A DNA stretch of 64,000 nt from Octopus vulgaris (GCA_951406725.2 OX597819.1:4526001-4590000), one strand, 5' to 3'. Counted from the first letter of the stretch, positions 1 through 14,344 are shown. The notes: generated by a model from the sequence alone, not told the origin. Program-made: numbers and translations.

Positions 1-329
1 AGCTTACAAATGGGCTACTAAATTGGAATCTTTATGTTGCTTTGAGGGGAAAGTAAAACTTGACAAACTGCATCTCTCTATTGTTGGACTACTGTGATGT
101 TTGTTTAAAAAAGAGAGATTATGACTGTGATACAATAATGAAAGCAATATTTACTAAAAGCAAGCGAGCACTATTATACAAAAAAAAATAATTAGACGTA
201 AAATATAAAAATTATTAGAATTGGGGATCAAATGTGAAAATATTATCAAGGGGCTAGCAGAAAACCGCCCTCCGGGCAGTCTTTCTGCTAATCTTATTAA
301 CTATTATGTAGCAGCGAACAATGCCCTTT

Positions 330-492
330 GTCATATTTCGGCATTTCCTCTGGCTCGCTTTGTTCTGAGCTCGAATCCCACCGACGTTAACTTTGCACGT
401 CATCATTTCGGGGTCAATAAAATAAAGTACCAGTCAAATACTAAGTCGACCTTTTCCTTCCACAAAATTTACTAGCCTTGCGCCAAAATTTT
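330..492 (+). mobile_element. Degraded tRNA-derived SINE, family B
   Basis: Diverged match to the family B core (gttctgagctcgaatcccaccgacgttaactttgc...ggggtcaataaaataaagtaccag) that is intact at 14802, 22523 and 55210. Confidence 0.6.
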
Positions 493-2977
493 CTTATCTA
501 TTAACATAAAAAAGGGGGAGATACCCCGCCCCCGTCATTTCCCAAGACATTGGTGATGGCGCCATCGCAACTTCCTGTGTGTCTCATACATTTAAACCTT
601 GCGATAGCCATCCCTATCCACCTAACGCCTACCGATTACTTCCAGAAGGGAAAATCGCTCTCAGTTTTAACCACGAACTGTTGAAAGACACAAGTTAACA
701 TCATAGGTATTTGACCGTACAGATCCAAAAGCAATATGTAATGTTTTCTATCTGCCGCTCCTAACTTCGTGGCCAATTCGCTGCTGTATAAAACGCGATG
801 ATAGTACAGGTGGGGGGATTGTATTAAAATTTATTGAGCTAAAGGCTGGAATTATTCCTAATTGAGACACAAGCCCTTATTTATTAAGTACATGTGAATC
901 CAAAGATGTGAAGATAAGAATTGTTATAGAATATACTATAGTAATACTGCTGTAACTATTTTAGAGATGAAAACAGCAGAATTATTTGTAATAAGATATT
1001 TAGAAGCGTTGCTCTCTGTCGGGAATTCAAATTTCGTCTTTCATTCTGCAACAAAATATTTAACAAATTCATTCGAGTTGTTCATTCTTTCAAAAGTCTG
1101 ACATTGTTCGTTTTCTTGGGAATATATTTTCAGTGTTACAGGTAAATAAAGAAAATAGCTTCATCTTCCCTTATCAGATGCATTCCGCCTGCAACTGATT
1201 AGTTCTACTTTTTGATGTATCAATCAGTGGGTGGTTAGTTGTATTGTCTTCGGAGTGTTTTGAATTCAGTATCACATCGAAAGCCTAATGAATTAATTAA
1301 AATGAGATTTCACTCCTTATTGTACCTCTCAATGGAGAAATTATTTATGGCAAAGCATATTAATCATTAGAAGTTCAAATTTAGTGTAAGCTTAAACCGT
1401 GCCTCGCACTGCTAGCTGTGTATGAACACATGTTTAAATATGCAGACTATTTTAGAGGCGATATGTTTCGAGTGTCAGCAAAGAAAGAAAGCTACGTAGG
1501 TTCATAGCTGTCATACACTTTGTTATCAGATCAGAAATCTATTGTTCTATGAGAAGAAATTGAATTTTGTGGGAAGATTAACACGACTAAATAAAATTAC
1601 TGTTAGCTTTCAGGCTTAATAAGGTTCACATTCCTATGTGAATCATTGTTACGTTGAACTAGTTTTCATTTACTTCATCAGATAAAGCAACACAACTTGG
1701 CTGTTTACATGAGTGAAATCTCTAAACTCCACCCCAACGGACATTAACTTCAAAGATACACACCCATTAAGTTCTAAAACTTTATGAAGAATTATTAACA
1801 GTAATTAGCAAATAGAAACAATAAACAGTGTTCTGATCGTTATATACAGATAAACTATTTTTATAATAAATTTACAGTAACGATTGAAAAACTATTCTTT
1901 ATATTCATGTATTTGCTACTTCCAAAGAAAAGAAAGATTAAACCGTCAAACATTATTAGATAATAAGTATCGCAAATATTTTGTTGAGTGAGAGTAAATA
2001 ATCTCCCAGGAATATTGTGTGAAATAAAAGGGAAGCCAGACTAACTTGGGAAAACAATAAAACAAAAAACATTGTAAAACAAGCGTGTAATAATGCCATC
2101 AACGTTGTTGCCTTGTCTCAGAAGAAGTTAATTTCACCTGAAAAGTAATTTATGGTCTGTTCCTCTTCTAAACTCTGGAAAATAGCGGCTGAGTGTTAGC
2201 TTAGTTTGATGGTTGTCGGCGAAAATTGTTCCGCAATCCATCAACAGAAGGGAGATATCTAAATGTCAAGAAGAAAAAGAAAATCTATTTATCACTAAGA
2301 GATATACATACAAACAACGTTTTGGAAAACAAAGCACATATTCTTAAATATACGTTTACAATTGTCTTCCTGCACCACTAGAAATCCGTTAGCGAGGGAA
2401 ATTAGGCGGGAAAAAACACTGATTTATTTTCTTTGTTTTCTTATTTGACAAGACTCCTTTGAGTTGTCTGCTTTAGATTCCTTCAACATAATATACGTGC
2501 GGTCTTCCATTCATTGTTTTTCTAATCGCTAAGAGAAATGGACTCTAACAGTCAAAAGAGAAGAGATAATAAATCAACTTCATTCGCACCCCACTTTACC
2601 GACTGAATTTTTGTTTGAGATTTATAACTAACATCGAGACCCAACCGCTTACGTGGCATTAAACAAGTTCATATTTCGAATGGATTTAAAGCAACCGGCA
2701 CAAAACCTGTTATTTTCTGGTTGACAGTTTAGGGCTTTAATGAATGGATGTTCAGATTAAACCACGAATATAAAAGTAATTCAATTAAATGAGTTTTGCG
2801 TAAGAGTTACTTTCATCGTATGAACTATTATTGAGAAGTACTTTAATGTTGATATTAGAATACACATTTTGAATTTATAGACCCAAAACATGCCATAACT
2901 TGTATGCTCCTAAGCTCACCAACTGATAAAACAATACCGTAACGCGCAGTGTACTTACATTGGCAACTAACAATGAT

Positions 2978-3188
2978 TTCAAATTTTGATACAAGGCCAG
3001 CAACTTTAGGGGAGCACGTAAGTCGATTACATCGACCCCACTGCTTAACTGATCCTAATTTTATCAACCCCGAAAGGATGAAAGGCAAAGTTGACATCGG
3101 TAGAAATTGAACTCACAACATAAAGACGTGCGAAATGCCGCTAAGCATTTTACCCGGTGCGGTAACCATTCTGCCAGCTCGCTGCCTT
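2978..3188 (-). mobile_element. tRNA-derived SINE, family B
   Basis: Reverse complement of ggcagcgagctggcagaatggttacc...gtcaactttgcctttcatcctttcgggg. Confidence 0.8.
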
Positions 3189-5967
3189 CACATTGACAAT
3201 TAATATTCTTGAGCAAATATTGCAGCATTCTCTTAGTCAAATAAAGAAGAAAATGTTTGTCTTTCTTAGTAAACATTTTATTTTGTTACAGACCACGATC
3301 TCAATTCGTTCCTTGGTATTGATTCACCGAGACTGCTCGGTTTTCTTTTAAAACACCTCAATTACGCACCGAACATCTTCAAGCGACACGTACCATAATG
3401 GTGAATGATGAGTTCAATTAACTCATAGTAAAAGTATCTGCTATTTGATACCTAATTCTCCAGAGAAAGAAATGTGTATCTAACTTTATCACGATTCAAA
3501 ATCGGAAATGTGAAATGCAGACACCCATGCTTGGTATAGCCAGTCATATATTTCTTTCGTATTCATTTGGTTCCAACAAGAAAATCTAACTGGCACCAAA
3601 TTAGTATGATACTCTTTCAATTCCTTTCGTCCGGTATTAACATAATCCCAGAAAATTAAATTCTAAATCTTTCGCATTAGCATGATAATTAGTTTGAACT
3701 GATTGCCCTTATACTAATTCTTGAATCCCATAATATTCACCAGAAGTTGGCGTCTCTTACGTTTTAGATTACACTATCGAAAGTTTTACTGCAAACACTT
3801 GATGCCAACCATTATATTAAGCCTAATTTTCCGTCATATTATGAATATAATGTTCTTACAAGACAATAATTCTCATTTAGAGTTGTCCTGTCCCATTCTC
3901 ACTCTCTTTCAACCTTTGCTGATTCATATCATTAAAATAAACTATTTTCGGACTCAGAAATGGATTTATTGGAAATAAGCCAAATAAGTTATTAGTTTAA
4001 GGGCCAAGTTCTTGCTAAGGGCAACACATTACAAAACTGACAGCAAAAATAAGAGAAATATTTTTTTTTAATATACACACCTTTTTTTTTTTTTAGAAGT
4101 TATAACTCAACTAAGCTATCAGCCCACGTTACCGTAGGCTCTAATAAGGCATCTATCTCTTCAGCTATCTTATAACTGTTCCTCTCCTAATCAACAATGA
4201 TCCATGCTGCTTATTTCATTATATTTATGAGCAATGCTGAACATAAATTTAAAATACCCACTAGTTATTTGGTAATTTCTGTTCTGAGACTTAAATGAAC
4301 CGTAAGATTTACGTCATAGATGTATTCCTAACGCGAAAAATCTTACCAGCTAAAATACCTACAAACAAGAACTAGAAAAATTGGCTACAAGCAAATTAAA
4401 TAACGTAATCCAGACACCGTATCTCGACTTATTTCTCAAAGCTATGTCATATGAAACTGCATTTAAGGAACTCTAAACAAATTAAGTTCAATTCATGTCT
4501 AAAGAATATCACATCATTAAGTTTTTCATATATATTTTCACATTTTTATTTTAGACTTTTTTCACATAATAATACTTTACAAAAAAAAAAAAAAAGAAAT
4601 TCACGCTAATTAGCAGATACCAAGTACATCTGACACTAATCGAGAGAAAGTTGTAGTACCTGTAAAGAAAGAAAAAAGAATAGCATGACACAATAATTTT
4701 CAGTTTGAAGGCGGTGTTGGGTATTTGCTGGTAAAATTCTCGGTAAATATTTTCCAGTGTTTCAAATTTGACTCTAATATTGATTTAGCCAATTATACTT
4801 CTTGAATCAATGAAATAAGTATTGACCCTAATAAGGGGTAGGTATATAATACATCAAACATAATTGAAAAACAAGTTATCGAATTTACTGGATATGTATA
4901 CTCTGGAGAAACTCAGTGATCAATTTGCTAATTTTCTCGCAACTAACCCCAGATGAGACTTAATAATTTTTATCTCAGATAGATTCAGCATCACACTTTA
5001 TGCCACAAACATGTCTCTCTGAATTAGTTACAGTCCTTCTTACTAGTTTCCACACAACTTATGTATACCCAATTTTACTGACGTAAAACACCAGGAAACA
5101 GTTCCTCAAGGTGTCACGTAGTAGGAGTGGGGCCTGGAATCTTGTGATTGCCCAGCATATACTCTTAAAGAAAAATTCTTAAATTAAAAAAAAAGCACTA
5201 AGTACGAAGTAACTAATATTTCCGCTAGTAAATGCAATACCCCTATCGAAGTAAAGTTCCTTTTTTGCCAAAGCATTTATTTAGGGTTTGGAAACCGAAA
5301 GTTTGGCATTCACATGCACACTAACTTAAATAGCTTCATCTGGAACCTGAACCCGAAGTACAATCTCGGTTTGCAGAGGATTTAGGCCTTGATCTATAAA
5401 GACGTGTTCAAATCTCTCAAGCAATCGAGTCGTTAAGATGATAATGAAAGATTTTGTATTTATGATCCACTAAGATAGTTATCTTTTATCTTTTCTAATG
5501 CGTCCTACATATACAACAGATCAGTTGTGGAAATTAACAACGACCACACTGATTACGTAGTCCTCATGCTTCTCTGTGTACATTTTACGGTATCTAAATA
5601 CAGTTGAAGAGTTGATCAGTGTATGGATTGATGTTAATCATAAAAACCATTCTATCATACAAGTGTGAGAAAAAACTTAAATAATACAGAGAAGAATTTG
5701 AACTTGGAACTTTTCATGTTACTTGTATGCATATTAACCACTACCTACTCTTCCGGCACTGCTGTTCGGAGTCATAGATAGTAAACAAGTAAAGCAGAAA
5801 TACATCAATCAATGACCACGATATTAAAATAATCAAAACCATAGAAGAGGTAGGACATACCTCTGATTTTCATTCCGAATTTTTCATGAATAAAAAAAAA
5901 TAGCCTCTTAAAGTTTTTTGTAACATTGGATGTTATCCTTTGATATATTTAATCTTCTTTTTTACCT

Positions 5968-6350
5968 TTCACTTGTTTTAGTCATTTGACTGCGGCCATG
6001 CTGGAACACCGCCTTGGAGAATTTTTGGTAGATTGAGTCCACCCCAGTACTTCTTTATGTTAAGCCTGCTACCTATTCTATCGGTCCCTTTTTGCAGAAC
6101 CGCTAAGTTGCGGAACATGAACACACCAACACCGGTTGTCAAGCGGTGGTGGAGAACACACACACACGCATATATATATATATATACACGACGGGCATCT
6201 TTCAGTTTCCGACCACTAAATCCACTCACAAGGCTTTGGTCGACCCGAGGATATAGTAGAAGACATCTGCCCCAGGCACCATGCAGGGAAACTGAGCCCG
6301 GAACCTTGTGGTTGGGAAGGAAGCTTCTTACTACACAACCACGTCTGCAC
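5968..6350 (-). mobile_element. tRNA-derived SINE, family A (CORE-like)
   Basis: Full-length diverged reverse copy of the element at 7903/49055, with an internal (TA/CA)n tract. Confidence 0.85.
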
Positions 6351-7902
6351 CTAGAACTTTTAAAGCAGTGTCGTCCTGGCTAGGTTTCAAGTAGAAAATT
6401 AAGACCCTTCTTAATATTTCCAGATTTCTAGAATAAGGAATATTCAGCAGCAAGCACTACGGAACCAATTATAAGATTCCAGTTCGTAAGACGAAATGTG
6501 CTTTTATAAATAAAGTTTATTTGTATGTGAAATATATTTACTCAACTCTTAGGTCTTTTGAATTACAATTTCAAGTTCTCAAGTTATGTTGTGTTGGAGT
6601 GAGTGAGGGGGAAATGGTGCTGTCTACAATTACAGGAATAAATAAATGGATTTCATGAAATATGGAAACGTTATATGCTCTTTTACTCACAGGAAAAAGA
6701 TCTCTCACGAAGCTGCTATTTCCCCTTAAGAACATTCACCCTTCCTATCATCTCACAGTAATCGCTCTCTTCCTCTCTTACTCCGTAAACAATTATAATC
6801 ATCAGCAGCAGTAGTTCTCAGTCGAATAACCACCTTCACTCAATCACTTAAAGTATATTGTCCATATCTACCCATATTTATATGACTTCTATGTTTTAAA
6901 TAGAATTTTCAAGTATAAAGAAAATAAAAATGAAAATGAGTTCAACAATCATAAATTTCAGCACTTAACTTAGTTTATAACATATAAGTGAGGGCTCAAA
7001 TCCATTTTGTCGGCACAAATTATTTTATCTTATTGAAACTGGGATAATATATTCCTTCTTCAATAAATTATTTTGTCGGTAAAATATCACCAAGAAATAA
7101 AATCTAAAACATAAATAATTTGAAAAAGTTATAATGCTACCTTCTCAGAGATAACAAACTCATGATCTACTGCGTGATCATCAGCTAAAATAACTTTAAA
7201 TAGGTCCATCTTTTTGATTTATCAAATTGTATTCTTAGAGATCATCATAGTTAGTGCTGTGAAAATCATTTCAAAAAATTTTAGTACAGAGAACCCTAAT
7301 TAACTTAAAGTTGAACCACAGTAAACGCCTTAATCGTTAAAATGAATAATTCTAGAAAATTTTGTAGAAGATTCAAATTTTCTACAGTTGATCGAATGGA
7401 TAAATCTAGGAAAGTTTACATCAATGTTTTTAAATAAACGTGTTGTTTTGTTTTGTTTTTTATGTCAGTATCTCCTTTTTTGCTGATTAAGATTAATCAG
7501 AAAAATAAATTTACCCCAGAAATCATTATGAAGAAGGTGAGGGAAGCGAGAGAGGATGAGAAGGAGGGAAACTACGTTCTTCAGAAAAGTTAATTTCTCA
7601 TTAACAATAAGCACATGTACATATATCACACACATTGACCATGGAAATTTAGCATTGAAAGAATTATGTGTAATATTATTTTGCTTGTCTCGATACATCC
7701 TCAGAGTTACGCATGTAACACTTTTAACTACAGAAAGAAATCAATTACAGTCGAAATCTTTAACAAAGTGAAGCGAGTTGGAGTGTAAAACTTTCAACAG
7801 AATTAAGTTATAAAACTGAAGACATAATCGAAATTTTAGCAGAATGAAATAATTTTAAGATCTGATGAATTTGTGCATGAAAATTAAAATAAGAATTTCC
7901 AT

Positions 7903-8067
7903 GGCGCAGGAGTGGCTGTGTGGTAAGTAGCTTGTTTACCAACCACATGGTTCCGGGTTCAGTCCCACTGCGTGGCATCTTGGGCAAGTGTCTTCTGCTA
8001 TAGCCCCGGGCCGACCAATGCCTTGTGAGTGGATTTGGTAGACGGAAACTGAAAGAAGCCTGTCGTA

Positions 8068-8106
<39 letters not shown>

Positions 8107-8314
8107 TTGTGTGTATATGTTTGTCCCCCCTAGCGTTGCTTGACAACCGATGCTGGTGTGTTTATATCTCCATCACTTAGCAGTTCGGCAAAAGAGACCG
8201 ATAGAATAAGTACTGGGCTTACAAAAGAATAAGTCCCGGGGTCGATTTGGTGCTGCTCCAGCATGGCCACAGTCAAATGACTGAAACAAGTAAAAGAGTA
8301 AAAGAGTAAAAAGA
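7903..8314 (+). mobile_element. tRNA-derived SINE, family A (CORE-like)
   Basis: Head ggcgcaggagtggctgtgtggtaag (A box) and ggttcagtccc (B box), CORE-like cttgggcaagtgtcttct, internal (TA)n, tail (taaaagag)n. Confidence 0.9.
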
Positions 8315-9025
8315 GTATGGATCACGCTAACGCACGCGCGCACACACACACACACACACATACACACACACATACACACACACATACACACACGCCACGC
8401 ATCCATTTCCAGGTAAGTTCATCTCAATCGTTTTGAGGCGACTCTTTACAGTTTTCTCTCCCATCGTTTTATCCATCATTTTCTCTAATTTCCCTTTTTC
8501 GCCCCTTCACCGTTTTCTATCTGTCTCTCTTTCCTACCTCTTTCTCCTTTTCTCTCTTCCGTTACTCACACATGACCATCGTCCATATTTCTTTTACTCA
8601 CGTGATCATCTTTCTTTTCTTTCAGGACTGTCCTAAGGACTGGACGTGACCTATATTTCTCACTTCTATCTTTTCTCTTGTCAAATAAAATATTTCTCCG
8701 GCGTCCTCTATTTTAACCTCGTTCTGGTCTAACGACCCTCCATATTTGTTTTCATTCGGTTCCCTTGTATGTCTCCACTGTCCTATTTTTGTTCCCAACT
8801 TTGACTCACCATAAATCCCAAATTTTATTTCGATACTTACGGGAGCAACTGCCTTCGAAGACTCATATTGTCGTTCAGTGTTCGAAATGAAGAGTAGATA
8901 GACAGCCGACAACTGATGAAGTGTTGTTATCTGTGTTACTTGTCCTGTTTTCAATTAGTTTGCGTATTGAAATCTTGTTTTCGTATTTCAAGTTGCTTAC
9001 TGTTGGTGACGTCCTATACCCATAT

Positions 9026-9114
<89 letters not shown>

Positions 9115-9426
9115 TCATACTCAAGAATGTTGTTGACAGTTATTTCGAAATCATTGTCAACAAATTCTTGTATAAGAATAATAAATTGGCACTCAACAAA
9201 ACTACAGGGTAACCTGTCAGATTAATGTAAATTTTTTTATTGTAACTGAACATAAAACAAACATTGATATATCATATAATATAACAAGCATACGCGATTC
9301 GACAAAAATGCCGACAGCTTTATTAATGATAGAAAATGGCACGTCAGCACAACGGGAGAAAACATTGCTACATATACATACATACATACATGCATAGATA
9401 CATACATACATACATACATACATACA

Positions 9427-9458
<32 letters not shown>

Positions 9459-9670
9459 CACATAGATACATAAATACATACATATGCATATATATATATA
9501 TTAATAGTTATCGCCATACTAATATGGCAGTCTATAAATAAAAGACTAAAGCTGTCGCTGATTAGCTCCAAGAGGCCGCCGCCTCTAGCTAGCTATATGA
9601 CACAAGAACCTGCGTCCATTGCAACCTTCGAACAGGGAAGGTCAGCCGCTTCACCTTGCTAGTCAGACAT

Positions 9671-9711
9671 CTGCAGACATGTTTCAGGGTTGTTGCCCTT
9701 TATCAATGCAG
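9671..9711 (-). ncRNA. Minimal type I hammerhead ribozyme, U3-A8 variant
   Basis: Inverted identical copy of 9915-9955. Confidence 0.7.
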
Positions 9712-9914
9712 CGTAGTCAGAACCAGCAGGTGTCGCTACTGACCGTCTGTTCGAAGATTTTATTTACCTAGTTACAGTGGAATACATCCACTTGTTTTCA
9801 ATAATAGAAATATTAAAATTACTAAGTCTCTCTAAAGGAGATTATGGCAGCGTTACTGGATATAATTTATCAATGCAGCATAGTCAGTAGCGACACCTGC
9901 TGGTTCTGACTACG

Positions 9915-9955
9915 CTGCATTGATAAAGGGCAACAACCCTGAAACATGTCTGCAG
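9915..9955 (+). ncRNA. Minimal type I hammerhead ribozyme, U3-A8 variant
   Basis: ctgca-TTGATAA-aggg(caacaa)ccct-GAAAC-at-GTC-tgcag. Stems I and II pair, and stem III is the palindrome ACATGT. Confidence 0.7.
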
Positions 9956-10198
9956 ATGTCTGACTAGCAAGGTGAAGCGGCTGACCTCCCCTGTTCGAAG
10001 GTTGTAACGGACGCAGGTTCGTATGTCATATAGCTAGCTAGAGGCGGTGGCCTCTTGGGGCTAATCAGCGACAGCTTTAGACTTTTATTTATAGACTGCC
10101 ATATTAGTATGGCGATAACTATTAATAGCCAGTAACGCTGCCGTAATCTCCTTTAGAGAGACTTAGTAATTTTAATATTTCTATTATATATATACATT

Positions 10199-10246
<48 letters not shown>

Positions 10247-10377
10247 CATATATATATATGTATATATTTATATATACATATATATATACATATATATATA
10301 TACATATATATATATATACATATATATATGTATATATATATATATATGCATATATATATATACACATATATATATAC

Positions 10378-10410
<33 letters not shown>

Positions 10411-10414
10411 CTAT

Positions 10415-11045
10415 CAATAATAAAAGGGTAAAACTAATTAATTATTAATTAATTTTACCAAGTAGTGTTCAGTATGTAAAAAGACCATTTACGGTATATT
10501 TAAAACATTACGTTATATAATCAGGGTTCAGTAAAATAATTTATTTTACCACACAGCGAACTTTTAGAAATAGCAGCCAAAAAATCTTAGCTATTTCTTC
10601 TACTATAAGAAAAGTCTCCCAGACAATCTATACTCAAAAATAATTCACGCAGGTATAGAGGGAAAAATAACGAAAGATCACACGTACATCGATTACTTGA
10701 GAACGCCGTTTCTAGATTAGTTGAATATAAAGATCAACATATCCTTCGTCAGCTCAAGATTTCTTTAGATTTGGATTTGAGAGCACTAAAAATATAATTC
10801 TCTCTCCCCGATATTAAACTAGTTCTTTCTGTAGGAATTTGTTGCTCTATAACTCACGTGAGTGGAAGGGGAAGAATGCAAAGCCTCATTTGTACTTTTT
10901 GAATTCGTTGGTACTAGCGGTCGAAGATGGTTTGTCTGGGATTACTCATATCAGATGGGTATGTTCGATTTTTAGTGCTCTCAAATCCAAATCAAAAGAA
11001 ATCTTGAGCTGACGAAGGAAATGTTGATCTTTATATTCAACTAAT
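10415..11045 (-). mobile_element. Penelope-like pLTR with an inverted partial copy
   Basis: Homologous to 33700-34080 (+) and 37668-38040 (-). Inverted repeat 10716-10793 / 10968-11045. Lies next to a Penelope RT fragment. Confidence 0.7.
10696..10758 (-). ncRNA. Type I hammerhead ribozyme (Penelope-type)
   Basis: Minus strand reads cttgag-CTGACGA-agga...cta-GAAAC-ggc-GTT-ctcaag. Stem I is a perfect 6 bp, stem II is imperfect. Confidence 0.6.
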
Positions 11046-11049
11046 ATAA

Positions 11050-11405
11050 TATGTCGAGAGTCGTGGCAGGCTGTGCAGGTAGTCACTGAAGTTCAAACTG
11101 TGTTCTTGCTCGCCACTCCTCCCGAACAGTCGGGCAAAATACTGCTGAAATGCCTCGCACATCTTGCTCGGCTCGAGCAACTCGCGTCTCTGTTCATCTA
11201 CCAGAGACCGAATGGTGGCTTTGTTGCCCCGTTGCGCCTCCGCCACCCGGGCCTCTCTCGCGGCTCCAACACCTTCCATCCTTAGAGCACGCATCCTAGC
11301 CCTGACAGCACACCCTTCGTGTTTGGCATTGAAGTGTTGGTCGAGGGTCAACCTCGCCGCCAAAACGTCGGATGTGATGCCTCTTCTAACTTCTTAACTA
11401 GCTCA
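11050..11405 (-). mobile_element. L1/Tx1-like LINE ORF2 fragment (EN-RT linker)
   Basis: GC-rich segment translating GCAVRAR...EAQRGNKATIRSLVD...MCEAFQQYFARLF, which resembles the L1/Tx1 linker. Confidence 0.55.
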
Positions 11406-12432
11406 CCCTCTACTCTTTTCAGAGATTTGGGCTGTCTTCTGCTCTTTATGATTGTGTGCGTTTGGATGATTAAATTCATTCTGTGGTCCCTTTTTAGTAG
11501 AAGAATGTTCTGGAGGATGGTGTCGAAGACTTCATTGTTAAGAGGGTTGTGTGTGGAGATGTATGGTTGGGCTTTTGGTTGTAAATCCTTCTTTAATCTG
11601 GAATACCTGAGATCGTGGATGTTGAGTTGTAGGATACGTTGAAAGCATATTATAGCAATTAGTGATGGTGGATAGTTCCTGGCAATGAGTGTATCCTTTA
11701 GTTCATGTAGTCGTGTGTCCCTGGTGCTTGTATTAGAAACTATAGTACAAATCCATTTTGCTAAGCTGAAAGAGATATTCATTGGTATGAGTTGAACGGT
11801 AGATGTTGCTTGGAGTCCGTTGGCTTATAGTATATATCTGTTTCTATTTAGTTGTTAGATTTCTTAACGAGGATGTCGAAGAAAGGAAGGAATTGAATAC
11901 TTACGTCAAGTCCATTTATAAGTGCTTGAAATTCTTTAAGCCTCTCTATACTTTCATGCCAAAGAATGAATCAGTCATCCAGATACCTCTTCCAGTTATT
12001 TTCTATGTAGAGGGAGAATGGGTTGCCGTATTTTTCTAGCACCTTACGATAAAGACTGATTTCTAGATATCCCATGACTAGGTTAGCAAAGGAGGGGGCC
12101 ATTCTCGTACCCATCGCAGTCCCCGATTTTTGTCGATAGTTGTCTTTGAAGACAAAGTAGTTATTCTCCAAGATGAATATTAGCCCTTCTATTACGAATT
12201 CTTTTTTGATGCGATGTGGGAGTTCATTGGCGCAATTATCAAGCCAGAATTGAATTGCCTCTGTTTCTAGGCTGTGGGGGATATTAGAATAGAGGCTGAC
12301 TACATCGAAGGAGACTAATAGGGTGAAAACTACGGAAATATTTTTAAAAGACATTTCTGACCTGGAGTTGGAAAGAGAGTTAGGGATCTTAGATCTGAAA
12401 TGGATATGCGCTCTTTCAGCCAAAGTCTGCAT
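11405..12432 (-). pseudogene. Penelope-like element reverse transcriptase, disrupted
   Basis: LVSFDVVSLYSNIP, ENNYFVF, YRQKSGTAMGTRMAPSFANLVMGYLE, WKRYLDD, then thumb-region ISFSLAKWICTIVS...LIARNYP. These are typical PLE RT motifs, with stops and frameshifts. Confidence 0.9.
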
Positions 12433-13527
12433 TTATTCGATCCTTTCACATGAGGGATGAGTTTCTCAATAACTTTCCATTTACTCCAGCTCTGTCGCGT
12501 GACTTTTAGAGGACCCTAATCCACGCACCCTTTACTCATTGCTATATTTTACTTTATTCTATCTGAAGTTCAATATTTCAGATTATCCTAAAGAACATCT
12601 TTAAAAGTATATGTTAAATTTATTTAGGTCTATTACGAATTTCAATAAGCAAAACTTCCAGATATGAATAAAAGAGAACTTTTATAATCCAGGCAACTTT
12701 CAAAGACAAACACGGCGCACTTTTCACTTTGCAAAATCATCGATCAGTTCAGAATAATCAAGCTGAGATCTAAGTTCGTGTTCGATAGATATCATAGACA
12801 TTTCACAAAGTCTGGTACATATTCGTGGTACAATGTAATATTTTTGCAAGAACTTTTTCAGGTACAATGTATTACCATTTTATTTCTTGAAATTTTCAGT
12901 TAATATAGTTCAATTCTTGTTCAACATCGTAACCAAAGAAAATAGATGACTCATCTACGTACTTTGATCTTAACATGGAGACCCTCAACTGCGGAGGTCT
13001 CTTGCGATCGCAGGGGTTTCAGGGTCTTACGACGGCCCTGATTTACTCACATGCGGTGTTTCATTATCTTTCAAAATCCATACATAGCCAGCCAACTTAG
13101 TAGCTTTACTTTTGTCCCTGTCGGAAGAAGGCTATGTGATTGTCTTAGTGATTTTTACATTCACCTTCACATAACCCAGTATAGGTCTTCTTATCAGTCG
13201 TATTATTATTTAGGGTTGCAGTAACTTCTGCGTCATATATGATGGATTTAGTCATACATCGTTGGTCAAGTCAAGCGTGCAGGATTCTGGGTCACGACAG
13301 TTGCAGCTGGATTCTGGCTGGGGCGGGGGGCATGTGTGTGAAACTGGATAAGTAAATACAATTTACGATAAAAATTGCAGTTTTATTTTGATTAAAATAT
13401 CAGCGTGCTCAGAGCAAAAGCATTGAATGCTGTTCGCCTATTTTAACATCTGTGACTGTCACCCACTCCCACTCTCATGTTTTACTTTTCTTTCCCTAGC
13501 GTGACAGACGGGACACGCATACTTAAG

Positions 13528-13589
<62 letters not shown>

Positions 13590-14344
13590 AGTTATACATA
13601 TGAAAATATTACACCGAAGAATCACTCAATATTTTTCCATAGAATAGCCTATGTATCGCTGACAGTGACTTCAAGTTTCGACAATGTAGCCTTTGTCTGA
13701 CTCTAAATTAATATGGTTTCCAGAATTTAAGTATAAATTTTTCAAAGGCCCATTTCTGGGAAAAGCAATGTAGCAGCAGGGTAAGTTTGGTGGACCAGCG
13801 TACTTCATGGTAAATATTTTACTACATAATTTTATTAGCTGAACAAAAACAACTAAAGAATAAGCAAAAGAACAAGGAACGGGAGAGGAAGATAAAAAAA
13901 GAGAAAAAAAAGGGAACATAAAATGATTATAGAGTGGGAATATATGGAAGGGATGGTAAAGACATTTTTCTGGTTTGACAGTTAAAGTTGTTGAAACCAT
14001 TTGGGCGCTTCCCGCTAAATTGGGTGTACTTGGAATAAAGAATTATAAAATTTTTTGATTTATTATTGTTAGGAAACACCGAGCATGTATGTAAATACAA
14101 TAATTGTATGTTAAATTTGTATAGCACTAGAGGTCACAGATATGTTACACAATGATTTGTGATGATTTGTGTTGAAAATTTGTTGAATTTAGACAGGTGG
14201 CTTCTACTAAGCAAGATGGTTATATTTAATGTTGGAAAGTAAGGGTATCTTTTAAGCTGTTACTAGGGTTCTTTCAAGGAAGTATATATTTATATATGTG
14301 AATATGTCTGTTTGTGAATACAGTTCTGTATTTTCGCGTACACA

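Larger units (their letters stand above)
9501..10187. repeat. Interleaved inverted repeats (foldback), probably Penelope pLTR-derived
   Basis: 9501-9743 is the reverse complement of 9883-10125, and 9801-9859 is the reverse complement of 10129-10187. Both ends are flanked by (TA)n. Confidence 0.9.
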
